Source: Candidatus Latescibacterota bacterium
GTDB taxonomy: Bacteria > Latescibacterota > UBA2968 > UBA8231
DNA length: 64,000 nucleotides
Direction: 5' to 3'
Assembly (NCBI GenBank): GCA_965223905.1
Contig: CBDCXV010000009.1
Location: 672,001 to 736,000, forward strand
Shown one piece after another: positions 9,213 to 19,112 of this stretch. Each line of letters starts with the position of its first letter. Within the stretch, counting starts at the first letter, position 1. The notes under the pieces were generated by a model, which saw only the letters and a program-made list of their open reading frames with translations, ran no database searches and was not told where the DNA came from. The position numbers were made by a program, and so were the translations under genes.

Positions 9213-9906
9213 ATGGTGACGAACGCGGTCCGAAAATCGCCGTCCCTACCCGCACCATGCTGGCCCCCTCTTCGATGGCGATTTCGAAATCGCCGCTCAT
9301 GCCCATGGACAGGACGGAGGAATCGACGCCTTCGAAAGCGGCCTTGGCAAGGTCCTCGGACAGGGAGCGCACGCGCCCGAAACAGGAGCGCAGGCGAGTC
9401 TCGTCCGAGGTGAACTCGGCGATCGTCATCAGGCCGAGAACCCGCAAGTGGGACATCCCGGCGACCTGCTCCGCCAGGGGCAGGGTCTCCTCCGGGGGGA
9501 CTCCTCCTTGCCCGGCCGCCCCGGAGCTGTTGACCTGAAGCAGCACATCGAGTGAGCGCCCCGCCTGGACGGCGCGCCGTTGCAGGGTGGCCGCCAGGCG
9601 GGGGCTGTCCACAGATTGCACGACGTCGAAGAGTTCCACGGCCCTGCCCGCCTTGTTCGACTGCAGGAGGCCAACCAGGTGCCAGGTGGCGGCGGATTGC
9701 ACGCGCCGCCGCTTCGATTCCGCTTCTTGGACGCGGTTTTCGCCCAGGTGGGTCACCCCCGCGGCGATCGCCGCCTCGATCTCGTCGGCCGACCGGGATT
9801 TGCTGACGGCTACCAGCGTTACGGCGTCCGGCTGCCTTCCGGAGCGGGCCGCCGCGCGCGCGATTCGCTCCTCGACGGCCTGCAGTTTGCGGGCAATCTC
9901 ATTCAC
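9211..9906 (-). CDS. yggS: YggS/PLPBP pyridoxal phosphate homeostasis protein
   Basis: LVAVSK, GENRVQE, WHLVGLLQSNK, GLMTI, LSMGMSGDFEIAIEEGASMVRVGTAIFG; likely GTG start at 9906. Confidence 0.95.
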   Translation of the reverse strand: MNEIARKLQAVEERIARAAARSGRQPDAVTLVAVSKSRSADEIEAAIAAGVTHLGENRVQEAESKRRRVQSAATWHLVGLLQSNKAGRAVELFDVVQSVDSPRLAATLQRRAVQAGRSLDVLLQVNSSGAAGQGGVPPEETLPLAEQVAGMSHLRVLGLMTIAEFTSDETRLRSCFGRVRSLSEDLAKAAFEGVDSSVLSMGMSGDFEIAIEEGASMVRVGTAIFGPRSSP

Positions 9907-10082
9907 GAAGGGCTGTTTCGTCGAAAAAACCGCAAACACCTGAATGTACGGCTGCCTCCCTCGGCGGCACAATTTGAACGCGGCCGGTCCCGGGGGAGCC
10001 CGGTCCGTCGAAGCCGGATTTCAGCTCTACGCTGGTTGTCTGCTTCTCCGAGAAAGCGCAGGGCCTCGGCGGCCGAAGCGTT

Positions 10083-11330
10083 TCAGCGAGCAGCGCTCTC
10101 GGTAGATTCGGCCGCGGCTCCCAAGGGGAGTTCGGCTGGCTTTTCCGGCTCGAAGAAGACCAAATCTTCGGGTGGCATGAACAGCCGCGCGAGCGCCGGC
10201 AGCAGGACCGCGTACAGCAGCAGGTCGGCTACCGCGATCTGGCGTACCAGCTGGGAAAGGGGGGGCGCAAACAGGGCAGCCACGCCTTCGGGCCGGCAGG
10301 CGATCTCGTACAGCAGGGCTCCCGCCGGCAACAGCAGCAGGCCGTGGCGACGGGAAAAAACGTCGGGGGCCAGTGGCAGCGGGTGCCAGGCCGAGGGTGC
10401 GAGAACGCGCGCCGCGACGACCACGAGAAGCTGCAGGACCAGAAGCTCGTACAGACCCGGAGCCGGGGAGGTCACCAGCTGGACAGGATCGAGGGAGGCG
10501 CCGGCGAGGGCAAAGAAAACCAGCCCCGCCGGGGAGCGGCCCGGTTCCAGCATCTGCCGCAGGCGGCCGGATCCGTCCATGGCAGCGAGAACGACCCCGG
10601 CGCCCAGCCCGGCGATCAGGGCAAACAGGTAAGCGTCTCGGACGAGAAGAGCCAGCAGCAGAAAGCCGGCGCCAAGCCCGACAACCGACGCCGTCGGAGT
10701 ACCCAGAAGCCGGAGCCGCCACAGCAGCAGGGCAAGGGCGGGGCCGAGTGCCGCCGAGGTCCACAGCCGCAACAGGACTGGCCCGGCGCCGCTGGCGAAC
10801 GAATCCCGCTGTGCCGCGACAAGCAGGACGGCACTCAGCAGTGTCAGGCTGAACCCGGCGCCGAGGGCAGCGGCCAGCACCGGTTCGTTTTTCCGGGTCA
10901 GCGTCGAAACGACGATCGGTCCCCAGAAGGTCGCCAGGGCTCCGAGGGCCAATGCGAATTCAACGGAGAGCCCGGCGAGCAGGATCGCCCCGCCCCCGAA
11001 AACGGCGGCCGTCCCCGCGGTCGACAGGAAGATCGCCAGAGGAAGGGGAGGTCGGCGCCGTTCCCAGCGCAGGTCCAGGCCGAGGCCGACCAAGCAACCC
11101 AGCCACAACGCCGCCACAGCGTAGACGAGATCGACGCTGCCGGAGGCAGCCGGCAGAACCACCCGCATCCCCCCTTGTCCGAGGATCAGTCCGGCGGCCA
11201 TCCAGCCGACGACGTCGGGGACGGAGATGCTGCGGACCATCTGTTGAGCGACGAAGGCGAGCGCCAGGAGCAACCCGATAGACCACGCAGAGTCGATACC
11301 CGGTCGCGGCTCCGGCGTCACCATCGCCAT
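10083..11330 (-). CDS. Polytopic membrane protein resembling a divergent cation:proton antiporter
   Basis: About 11-12 hydrophobic segments; CPA2-like N-terminus VPDVVGWMAAGLILGQGG and LVFFALAGASLD. Start set at ATG 11330. Confidence 0.6.
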   Translation of the reverse strand: MAMVTPEPRPGIDSAWSIGLLLALAFVAQQMVRSISVPDVVGWMAAGLILGQGGMRVVLPAASGSVDLVYAVAALWLGCLVGLGLDLRWERRRPPLPLAIFLSTAGTAAVFGGGAILLAGLSVEFALALGALATFWGPIVVSTLTRKNEPVLAAALGAGFSLTLLSAVLLVAAQRDSFASGAGPVLLRLWTSAALGPALALLLWRLRLLGTPTASVVGLGAGFLLLALLVRDAYLFALIAGLGAGVVLAAMDGSGRLRQMLEPGRSPAGLVFFALAGASLDPVQLVTSPAPGLYELLVLQLLVVVAARVLAPSAWHPLPLAPDVFSRRHGLLLLPAGALLYEIACRPEGVAALFAPPLSQLVRQIAVADLLLYAVLLPALARLFMPPEDLVFFEPEKPAELPLGAAAESTESAAR

Positions 11331-11376
11331 GAAGAGCAGCAGGCAGCATACCGCCCAGCGGGAGTTATGGGGTAAT

Positions 11377-11536
11377 TGCGAAGGAATTCCCAGGGAGGAC
11401 CTCGCCCTTCGCAGTCCTCCGACTCCGACCTTTTTCATCCGCAGGGCCTTGGCAGGTGCGAAGGAATTCCCAGGGAGGACCTCGCCCTTCGCAGTCCTCC
11501 GACTCCGACCTTTTTCATCCGCAGGGCCTTGGCAGG
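11377..11536. repeat. Exact 80-bp tandem duplication containing interlocking inverted repeats
   Basis: Copies at 11377-11456 and 11457-11536 between secDF and the antiporter-like gene. Confidence 0.97.
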
Positions 11537-11572
11537 CAGGTATACGCTCCGCGCATCCGGCGGGGAGCCAGC

Positions 11573-14242
11573 CTACCTGCCGCCGCGCTGCTGCCGCCGC
11601 GCCCGCTCCTGTCGCCGCTGCGAACGTTCGTGTCCGGCCAGCAGCACGGGGCTGGCGACGAACACGGAGGAGTAGGTCCCCACCAGGATACCCACGGCGA
11701 GGGTGAGGGTGAAGTCGCGAATCACCTCCCCGCCCCAGATCATCAGCACCGCGACGGCGATCAGGGTCGTCAGCGACGTTATCACGGTGCGGCTCAGGCA
11801 CTCGTTGATGCTGATGTTGAGGGTATCTGCGAACCCCCCGGTTTGGAGGCCGCTACGCAGGTTTTCGCGGATGCGGTCGAATACGACGATGGTGTCGTTC
11901 AGGGAATAGCCGACGATGGCGAGGATCGCCGCGACCACCGCAAGCGTGATCTCGATGTCGAGAATCGAGAGCAGGCCGAGGGTTATGAGGACGTCGTGAG
12001 CGAGGGCGGCGACCGCGGCGATACCGAACAGGAACTGCTTGAAGCGCCATGCCATGTAGACGAGGATCAGCGCCAGCGACACGATCACTGCGCGGAGCGC
12101 GGCGCCGGTCAGCTCTTCGCCGATCTTGGGACCTACTTTCTCCTGGCGTCGCACCCAGTCTGCACCTTCGGCGATGTTGGCGCCCAGGCCCGACCTGAGC
12201 ACCTGCTTGATTCCGTCGGCGACATCGGTGCCTACCTCCGATTCGGTGACGCGAATCAGTATGTTCTCCGGCGCCCCGAACTGCTTGATCTCGCTCGAGC
12301 TGTAGTCGCGCGTGCCGTCCCCGACCGGGACCGAGCCGAGATTGGACCGGATTTCCTCGACCGGAACCGCGGGTTCGAAATGCAGCTCGAGCAGGGTGCC
12401 CCCTGCAAAATCGATGCCGGGAGTCAGCTTGTTGACCGCGGCAACGGAGACCAGGCCGAGGGCGAGCACCGCGGCGGAAACGAGCATGGCGGTTTTTCGG
12501 AAGTGGATGAAGGGAATGCTCAGGTTCGCGAGCACCCCGACCGGGCCGATGCTCAAAGACTCGACCCGCTCCCTCGCGGTGTACAGCTCGAAAAGGCTGC
12601 GAGTGACGATGAGGGCGGTGAACAGACTCGAGGCGATCCCGACGCACAGGGTGAGGGCGAAGCCGCGGATGGGACCGGTGCCGAACTCGTAGAGCACGAT
12701 GCCGACGATGAAGGTGGTCAGGTTTGCGTCGATGATGGCGGAGAGCGCGTTGCCGTAGCCGCTGTCGATCGCGGATCGCACCGTCTTGCCGGAGCGCAGT
12801 TCCTCGCGGATGCGTTCGAAGATCAGGACGTTGGCGTCGACCGCCATTCCTATGGTCAGGATGATTCCGGCGATTCCCGGCAGGGTCAGCGTGGCATCGA
12901 AACCGGCGAGAACCGCGAACACGAAGAGGATGTTCAAGGCCAGGGCGACGTTGGCGACGAGGCCGGCGAAGCGGTAGTAGAGGAGCATGAATACCGCGAC
13001 GATGGCCATGCTGATCACCGCGGCCACCCGCCCCTGGGCAATCGAATCCCTTCCGAGAGAGGGGCCCACGGTCCGGTCCTCGATTACTTCGACCTTGGCC
13101 GGCAGGGCTCCGGCGCGCAGCACGATGGCGAGGTCCTTGGCTTCTTCCTCGTTGCTGAGACCGGTGATTTCCGCGCGCCCGGTCATGATCTTGGTCTGCA
13201 ACACGGGCGCCATGTAGACGGCGCCGTCGAGGACGATGGCGAGCCGCTCCCCGATGTGGGCGCCTGTGATCTGACGGAAAAGGCGGACGCCGTCGTCCGT
13301 CGTCGACAAGCCGACGACCGGCTGCCCCAGGTTCTCGATCTGTTGGCTGATCTGGACCTGGGCATCCTCGATCATGTTGCCGGTCATCTCCGGTTTCTTG
13401 CGCACGAGAAACAGTTTGTGGAACCGCTGCCCCGGGACCCCCTCGGACTTGCTGCTGAACAGGAACTCGACGTCCTCTGGAATGAGGGCTTCGGCGCGGG
13501 GGTCTTCGAGGTGGGCCTTGACCGCGGGGACGTCCTCGACCCGGATGACGACGTCGTCGCCAAGGCCCTGCAGGAGGGACGACAGTTCTCGGACCTCGGA
13601 AGCTGTCTCCTCCGGCTCCTCGAACAGTCCCTCGGCATCCCCGGTCCCGGTTTCGAACAGGCTCACCGGCTCATCCCCGCCTGCCGAGTCCGCAATGGCC
13701 GCCGCCTCCCCTTCGACTTCCGGTTCAGCGTCCCTCGCCGCGGCCGCGCTGTCTTCGCTGCCCGCGGCAAGCAGGCCGCTTATGCGCTGCAGCAGGCGGT
13801 TGCGGTCCTCGACCGGCTCGACGAGCTGGAACTCGAGCAGGGCGGTCTGTCCGATCAGGTTCTTGGCGCGCTCGACATCCTGCAGGCCCGGAAGCTCGAC
13901 GATGATGCGGTTGACTCCCTGGCGCTGAATGGTCGGCTCTGCGACCCCGAACTGATCGACGCGATTGCGGATGACCTCCTGCGCCCGCGCCACCGCATCC
14001 TGGGCCTCGTCGCCCGTCATCTCCTCTATATCCACTTCCATCACGAGGTGAATTCCCCCCTGCAGGTCGAGCCCGAGTGTGATGGCGCGTCCGTGGAGGT
14101 CGAAGTACTCGCCGGGGGAATTGAGCTTCATCGTCTCTCGTTCCGCGCTCGACATCCCGTAGAAGTCGAGCGACGGATACAGGTAGAAAGCGGCGACGGC
14201 GATCAACGCCAGACTCAGGAGAACCTTCCAGTTCTTTCTCAT
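11573..14242 (-). CDS. secDF: Fused protein translocase subunit SecDF
   Basis: SecD motifs LGLDLQGG, RNRVDQFGVAEP, IGMAVDANVLIFERIREE followed by SecF motifs GIDFAGG, GYSLNDTIVVFDRIRE, GTYSS in one 889-aa ORF. Confidence 0.96.
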   Translation of the reverse strand: MRKNWKVLLSLALIAVAAFYLYPSLDFYGMSSAERETMKLNSPGEYFDLHGRAITLGLDLQGGIHLVMEVDIEEMTGDEAQDAVARAQEVIRNRVDQFGVAEPTIQRQGVNRIIVELPGLQDVERAKNLIGQTALLEFQLVEPVEDRNRLLQRISGLLAAGSEDSAAAARDAEPEVEGEAAAIADSAGGDEPVSLFETGTGDAEGLFEEPEETASEVRELSSLLQGLGDDVVIRVEDVPAVKAHLEDPRAEALIPEDVEFLFSSKSEGVPGQRFHKLFLVRKKPEMTGNMIEDAQVQISQQIENLGQPVVGLSTTDDGVRLFRQITGAHIGERLAIVLDGAVYMAPVLQTKIMTGRAEITGLSNEEEAKDLAIVLRAGALPAKVEVIEDRTVGPSLGRDSIAQGRVAAVISMAIVAVFMLLYYRFAGLVANVALALNILFVFAVLAGFDATLTLPGIAGIILTIGMAVDANVLIFERIREELRSGKTVRSAIDSGYGNALSAIIDANLTTFIVGIVLYEFGTGPIRGFALTLCVGIASSLFTALIVTRSLFELYTARERVESLSIGPVGVLANLSIPFIHFRKTAMLVSAAVLALGLVSVAAVNKLTPGIDFAGGTLLELHFEPAVPVEEIRSNLGSVPVGDGTRDYSSSEIKQFGAPENILIRVTESEVGTDVADGIKQVLRSGLGANIAEGADWVRRQEKVGPKIGEELTGAALRAVIVSLALILVYMAWRFKQFLFGIAAVAALAHDVLITLGLLSILDIEITLAVVAAILAIVGYSLNDTIVVFDRIRENLRSGLQTGGFADTLNISINECLSRTVITSLTTLIAVAVLMIWGGEVIRDFTLTLAVGILVGTYSSVFVASPVLLAGHERSQRRQERARRQQRGGR

Positions 14243-14288
14243 CTTCTCACGTATCCCATAGTTGCTTGTCCGCGAAATTGCCGGGACA

Positions 14289-15314
14289 CTACTCCAGCGG
14301 ATTCAGCGGAAGTTTCATTTCCTCAAGGCGGCCGTCGAGGCCGGACGATACCCGGTGGAGAGCCGCCCCGTCCTCGATGTAGAAAATCACCGCCTCGACC
14401 CTGGGGAGCGTCTCGACGAACTCGATACCGTCCACCGGTCCCATCACGAAGGCCGCGGTCGCCAGGATATCGGCGTCGAGGGCCGTTTCCGTCCATACCG
14501 AGGCGCTGATCGCCCTTGCGGCGGGATACCCGGTGGCCGGGTCGAGCAGGTGGTGGTAGCGTCTGCCCTCGAACTCGAACGCCTGCTCGTAGTCTCCCGA
14601 AGTCGCAAGGGCCGGAAGTCCCACCTCCTCAGCTACCAGGAAGCGCTCGCGCTCCCTGGGATGCAGCAGGCCCAACCGCCAGTCGCTGCCGTCCGGCTTG
14701 TCCCCCCAGTAGCGGATGTCGCCGCCGGCCTCGACGAGCCCCGCCTCGACACCGGCCTCGCGCAGCGCCTCGACGGCGCGGTCGACGGCGTATCCCTTGG
14801 CCGATCCGCCGAGGTCGACGCGCATCTCCGGCGCCGCCAAGGCGATCCCGGAGGGGCCGACCTGCAACCGGCGGAAGTCGACCAGGGCACGCGCCGAGTC
14901 GACCCGTGCCGAATCCGGCGGGACCGCGGCTTCGGGAAAGTTCCACAGCACCGTCAAAGGCCCGACGGTGGGGTCGTATGCCCCGCCGGTTCGGCGCGAC
15001 CAGTAGAGACCCCGTTCCACCACGAACCGCAATCCGGGCGCCTGGTCGTCGAGGCCGACACTGCCGGCGCTGTTGAGGCGACCGACGGCGCTGTTCGTCC
15101 GGTACCGGCTCAGCGACGAGTCGATGGCGTCGATCTCCCCTGCTGCCAGGGTGAAAAGCTCACCGGCTTCCTTCTCCGCGGCGTACATCGAGATGCGCAC
15201 GACCGTGCCCATGGCGACGTGGTGCTTCTCCACGGGAGGCGCGACTTCCGCGGGCGGCAGCAGTAGAAACAGGAGAAGCAGTCCCGCGCCGCCCAGAAGG
15301 ATGCGCGCCCTCAA
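14289..15314 (-). CDS. apbE: FAD:protein FMN transferase
   Basis: AMGT, YDPTVGPL, DLGGSAKGYAVD, GGDI, ATSGDYE, YHHLLDPATG, ADILATA. Confidence 0.93.
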   Translation of the reverse strand: MRARILLGGAGLLLLFLLLPPAEVAPPVEKHHVAMGTVVRISMYAAEKEAGELFTLAAGEIDAIDSSLSRYRTNSAVGRLNSAGSVGLDDQAPGLRFVVERGLYWSRRTGGAYDPTVGPLTVLWNFPEAAVPPDSARVDSARALVDFRRLQVGPSGIALAAPEMRVDLGGSAKGYAVDRAVEALREAGVEAGLVEAGGDIRYWGDKPDGSDWRLGLLHPRERERFLVAEEVGLPALATSGDYEQAFEFEGRRYHHLLDPATGYPAARAISASVWTETALDADILATAAFVMGPVDGIEFVETLPRVEAVIFYIEDGAALHRVSSGLDGRLEEMKLPLNPLE

Positions 15315-15317
15315 AAC

Positions 15318-16286
15318 TCAATTTTCGCGTTCGACCACGAGGCGCGCGGCAGTTTCGAGGATTGCCAGCGGCACCGAGGGCTCCAGGCCTTTCAGGCACT
15401 CCCGCGCCATGCCGGCGTAACGGCGGGCCTCCTCTGCGGCCGAACCGATCCCGCCCTGCGTTTCGACGAAATGCACGACTTCCTCCCAGTCGGATTCCGC
15501 CTGATCCTCGCGCCGGAGAATCCCCTCGATCCGCTGGCCCTCGCCGTCGCGGGCGGCGGCGAGGGCGCGAATCAGCGGCAGAGTGATCTTGCCCTCCCGC
15601 AGATCGGAGCCGACCGGCTTGCCCATGGTGTCGGCGTCTCCGGTGAAATCGAGCATGTCGTCGGCGATCTGGAAGGCGAGCCCGAGGTACTCGCCGTACT
15701 TGCCAAGGGCCTCCGCCGTCCGCGCAGGCGCCCCGGCGATCAGGGGACCGATCTTGCAGGAGGCTGAGATCAGCGAGGCGGTCTTGTCCCCCACCATGGC
15801 GAAATAGGAGGACTCCCTCGTATCGCGCTGCAACGAGATCTGGGACTCGTGGATCTCTCCCTGAATGAGACGTTCCGTTGCCCCGGAAACCGCGGCCAGG
15901 GCATCGCGGTTGCCGAGGTCGACGAGCAGGGAGAGCGCCCGGGCGAACAGAAAGTCGCCGATCATCACCGCGGTGTGGTCGTTCCACTTGGAGTTGACCG
16001 ACGGCTTGCCCCGCCGCGTCTCGGCGCGGTCGACGACATCGTCGTGGATCATGGTGGCGGCGTGGATCATCTCGACCGCGACTCCGGCGTCGATGACGCG
16101 ATCGTCCCACGAGCCGGTCGCCTTGGTGCAGACCACGGCGAGAGCCGGCCGCAGCCTCTTCCCCTTGAGGGTGGCCATGTAGCGGGCCACCTGATTCACC
16201 ATTTCGACATCCGACCGCAACATCTCGTCGAGGCGGCGCTCGAAGATGTCGATCTCTTTCTGGATGGGGCCGAGCAGCTGGTCCAT
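15318..16286 (-). CDS. ispB: Polyprenyl (octaprenyl/heptaprenyl-type) diphosphate synthase
   Basis: GKRLRP, IHDDVVD...RRG, FQIADDMLD, GKPVGSDLREGKITLP; start at ATG 16286. Confidence 0.88.
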   Translation of the reverse strand: MDQLLGPIQKEIDIFERRLDEMLRSDVEMVNQVARYMATLKGKRLRPALAVVCTKATGSWDDRVIDAGVAVEMIHAATMIHDDVVDRAETRRGKPSVNSKWNDHTAVMIGDFLFARALSLLVDLGNRDALAAVSGATERLIQGEIHESQISLQRDTRESSYFAMVGDKTASLISASCKIGPLIAGAPARTAEALGKYGEYLGLAFQIADDMLDFTGDADTMGKPVGSDLREGKITLPLIRALAAARDGEGQRIEGILRREDQAESDWEEVVHFVETQGGIGSAAEEARRYAGMARECLKGLEPSVPLAILETAARLVVEREN

Positions 16287-16441
16287 GTGGGGTCGGGAAT
16301 GCCGGGAAACGGGGGCCGGCAATCGGCGCCGGCATCGCGAAAACAGCGTCTAAATTGCGGATAATTTGGTAATTAAAAGAAAGACAGATAGGTGGAGTGT
16401 CAAAAGGGCGCGTGCGGCCGTCCTCCGCCCTCGGCCCGGTG

Positions 16442-17608
16442 TCACAGGTCGGGGTACATGCGCCCGCGGTTGAGGATCGAGCGGGGATCGAGGGCTTTCT
16501 TCAGCGCCCTGTTGGCCGCCATCAGCGGCGGCGGAAGGGGTGTGAACGCCAGGCTGTTGTCGTCCTGGGGGCCGGTGGAGAACCGCCACGCCCCGCCGCC
16601 GCAGTCGAGAGCGCTGGCGTGCAGGGCGGCCCGGTCGCAGCCGGCACGCATCAAGGCCCACACGGTGGCGCCGGCCTGGTCGAGGCCGCAGCGCACCAAT
16701 CCCTGCGGCCGCAGCCGTTCGACCAGGGAAACCGCTGCGCTCGGGGGAACCGAAAAGCGCCACAGTTCCTCGCCGGCCCCCGGTTGCATTGCCGCGAGCT
16801 CGCGGATATCCCGCCAAGTCCGACGGGACTGGCCGGCATCCAGTATCCCGGCGGCGCTTCCGGCCTCCCGCGCCAGTGTTTCGGCCTGCTCCACCACCGC
16901 TTCCTCCAGTCCCTCGACGCGGGCGAAGGTGCGGTTGTCCGTACCGCCTGCCGGGAACCAGGCCAGACCGCTGATTTCGCAGGGAAGACGGGCCCACGAA
17001 ATCAGTTTTTCGGCCGCCGCGCCGACGCCGAGCCCTTCGATGAGTACGGTGCGCTCGCTCTGCGGCCGCGGCCACAACTTCAGGCAGATCTCGGTCAGCA
17101 CCCCGAGAGTCCCGAAGGATCCTGTAAGGGCGCGGGGCAGGTCGTAGCCGGTGACGTTCTTGACCACCTTGCCGCCGGCGCGCACGAGCTCCCCCCGGCC
17201 CTCGACAAACTCGATCCCGAGGACGAAATCGCGGGCGGCCCCGGCCTTGAAACGCCGCGGTCCGGAAAGGCCGCAGGCGATCGTGCCGCCGAGGGTTGCC
17301 GAGGGGGACCAGTGCGGCGGCTCGAAGGCAAGGTGCTGGCCGCGCTCGGCGAGGAGCTGCTCCAGCGCGGCCAGTCTCATTCCGGGACGCGCGACGACTA
17401 TCAGCTCGTCCGGCTCGTAGCTGACGAGGCCGTCCAGCCCGGACAGCTCCAGCCGGTCCCCCTGCAGTCCGCCGCGGCCGAGAAAGGAGCGCGTGCCGTT
17501 GCCGGCGACCACCAGGCTGCGCCCGCGGTCGGCAGCCTGGTGCACCGTCTCGGCCAGCTCGCCCGGGTCGCCGGGCAGTGGTGTCTGTGCGCGAGTCGCC
17601 TGGGTCAT
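16442..17608 (-). CDS. glcE: Glycolate oxidase FAD-binding subunit GlcE-like
   Basis: YEPDEL, ATLGGTIACGLSGPRR, GGKVVKNVTGYDL, GSFGTLG, LKKALDP..ILN. Confidence 0.88.
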   Translation of the reverse strand: MTQATRAQTPLPGDPGELAETVHQAADRGRSLVVAGNGTRSFLGRGGLQGDRLELSGLDGLVSYEPDELIVVARPGMRLAALEQLLAERGQHLAFEPPHWSPSATLGGTIACGLSGPRRFKAGAARDFVLGIEFVEGRGELVRAGGKVVKNVTGYDLPRALTGSFGTLGVLTEICLKLWPRPQSERTVLIEGLGVGAAAEKLISWARLPCEISGLAWFPAGGTDNRTFARVEGLEEAVVEQAETLAREAGSAAGILDAGQSRRTWRDIRELAAMQPGAGEELWRFSVPPSAAVSLVERLRPQGLVRCGLDQAGATVWALMRAGCDRAALHASALDCGGGAWRFSTGPQDDNSLAFTPLPPPLMAANRALKKALDPRSILNRGRMYPDL

Positions 17609-17611
17609 CGC

Positions 17612-19096
17612 TCAGAAACGCTCGAGCCCGGGAAAGGAGAGTTTCCCCCCTTGCACGTGCATGCGCCCTTCCGCGCAGCGCCGGAGCACGGGATACACCT
17701 TTCCCGGATTCAACAGGTTGCGGGGATCGAACGCCGCCTTGACGCGCTCCTGGGCGTCGAGGTCGGCGTCCCCGAACATGCAGGGCATGAGGTCCCGCTT
17801 CTCGATGCCGACGCCGTGCTCTCCCGTCAGCACGCCCCCGGCGGCGACGCAGAGCTTGAGGATCTCGGCGCCGAACTCCTCGGCTGTCTCCAGCTGCCCG
17901 GGCTGGTTGCCGTCGTAGAGGACGAGCGGATGCAGGTTGCCGTCCCCGGCGTGAAAGACGTTGGCAACGGCGAGACCGTACGATTCGGAAAGCTCCTGGA
18001 TGCGGCTCAGGACCTCCGGCAGGCGCCCCCTCGGAATGGTGCCGTCCATGCAGTAGTAATCCGGAGTGATCCTTCCCATCGCGGGAAACGCCGCCTTGCG
18101 GCCTGCCCACAGCTGCAGCCGCTCCGCCTCGTTCGCCGATTTCTTCATCTGTCCCGCCCCTGCGGCCAGCAGCAGCTCTTCGAGCCGCGGAAACTGGGCC
18201 TCGACCTCGGCGCGGGGACCGTCGAGCTCCACGAGCAGCAGCGACTCGACCCCGCGCGGGTACCCGCACCCGAGAAAGTCCTCGACCGCTTCGATCGCCA
18301 GCCGGTCCATGATCTCCATGCCCGCGGGAACCATCCCGGCGGCAATGATGTCGGCGACCGCGCGCCCGGCGGCCTGCACGCTGTCGAAGACCGCCATGAG
18401 GGCGCGCGCCGTCTCCGGCTTCGGCAGGATGCGCAGGGTCGCCTCGGTGATGAGGCCGAGGAGGCCCTCCGACCCCGTCATCAGGGCCAGCAGGTCGTAG
18501 CCGTTGCACTCCAGTCCCTTGCCGCCGATCTCGACGACCTCGCCGTCCGCCAGCACGATCTGCAGTCCGAGGACGTTGTTGGTCGTCGTGCCGTACTTGA
18601 GGCAGTGCACGCCGCCGGAGTTCTCGGCGATGTTGCCCCCGATGGTGCAGGCGAGCTGGCTCGAAGGATCCGGGGCGTAGTAGAACCCCCGGTGCTGGAC
18701 CGCATGGGTTACCCCGAGGTTGGTGACCCCCGGCTCGACGGTGACTGTGCGGTTGTCGTAGTCGATGTCGAGGATGCGGTTCATCGCCGCCATGCTGACG
18801 ACGACGCCGTCCTGCAGCGGCAGGGCGCCTCCGGACAGCCCGGTTCCCGCCCCCCAGGGAACGATCGGGATGCCGAGGTCGCAGCAGGTTTTCATCAGGC
18901 CGGACACCTGTTCCGTCGAGCGGGGCAGGACGACCGCCATGGGAACCTGGCGGTACGCCGACAGGGCGTCGCATTCGTACGCCACCAGGTCCTCCTGTCG
19001 GTGGACGACCTGGCTTTCGTCGAGGAGCCGTCGGAGTCTGCGCACCAACTCGTCGCGGCGCTGCAGGCGGGCGGGATCGGGTTGTGGAAGCTGCAT
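17612..19096 (-). CDS. glcD: Glycolate oxidase subunit GlcD
   Basis: YECDAL, GAGTGLSGG, YAPDPSSQLACTIGGN, GVHCLKYG, NVFHAGDGNLHP, GEHGVG. Confidence 0.93.
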   Translation of the reverse strand: MQLPQPDPARLQRRDELVRRLRRLLDESQVVHRQEDLVAYECDALSAYRQVPMAVVLPRSTEQVSGLMKTCCDLGIPIVPWGAGTGLSGGALPLQDGVVVSMAAMNRILDIDYDNRTVTVEPGVTNLGVTHAVQHRGFYYAPDPSSQLACTIGGNIAENSGGVHCLKYGTTTNNVLGLQIVLADGEVVEIGGKGLECNGYDLLALMTGSEGLLGLITEATLRILPKPETARALMAVFDSVQAAGRAVADIIAAGMVPAGMEIMDRLAIEAVEDFLGCGYPRGVESLLLVELDGPRAEVEAQFPRLEELLLAAGAGQMKKSANEAERLQLWAGRKAAFPAMGRITPDYYCMDGTIPRGRLPEVLSRIQELSESYGLAVANVFHAGDGNLHPLVLYDGNQPGQLETAEEFGAEILKLCVAAGGVLTGEHGVGIEKRDLMPCMFGDADLDAQERVKAAFDPRNLLNPGKVYPVLRRCAEGRMHVQGGKLSFPGLERF

Positions 19097-19112
19097 GGGG
19101 AAACCCCCTGGT

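Noticed and set aside
9153-11536. Tandem repeats as CRISPR remnants
   Set aside because: Only two abutting copies each, no spacers, no cas genes
11456-14509. 1017-aa plus-strand ORF
   Set aside because: Antisense shadow of secDF
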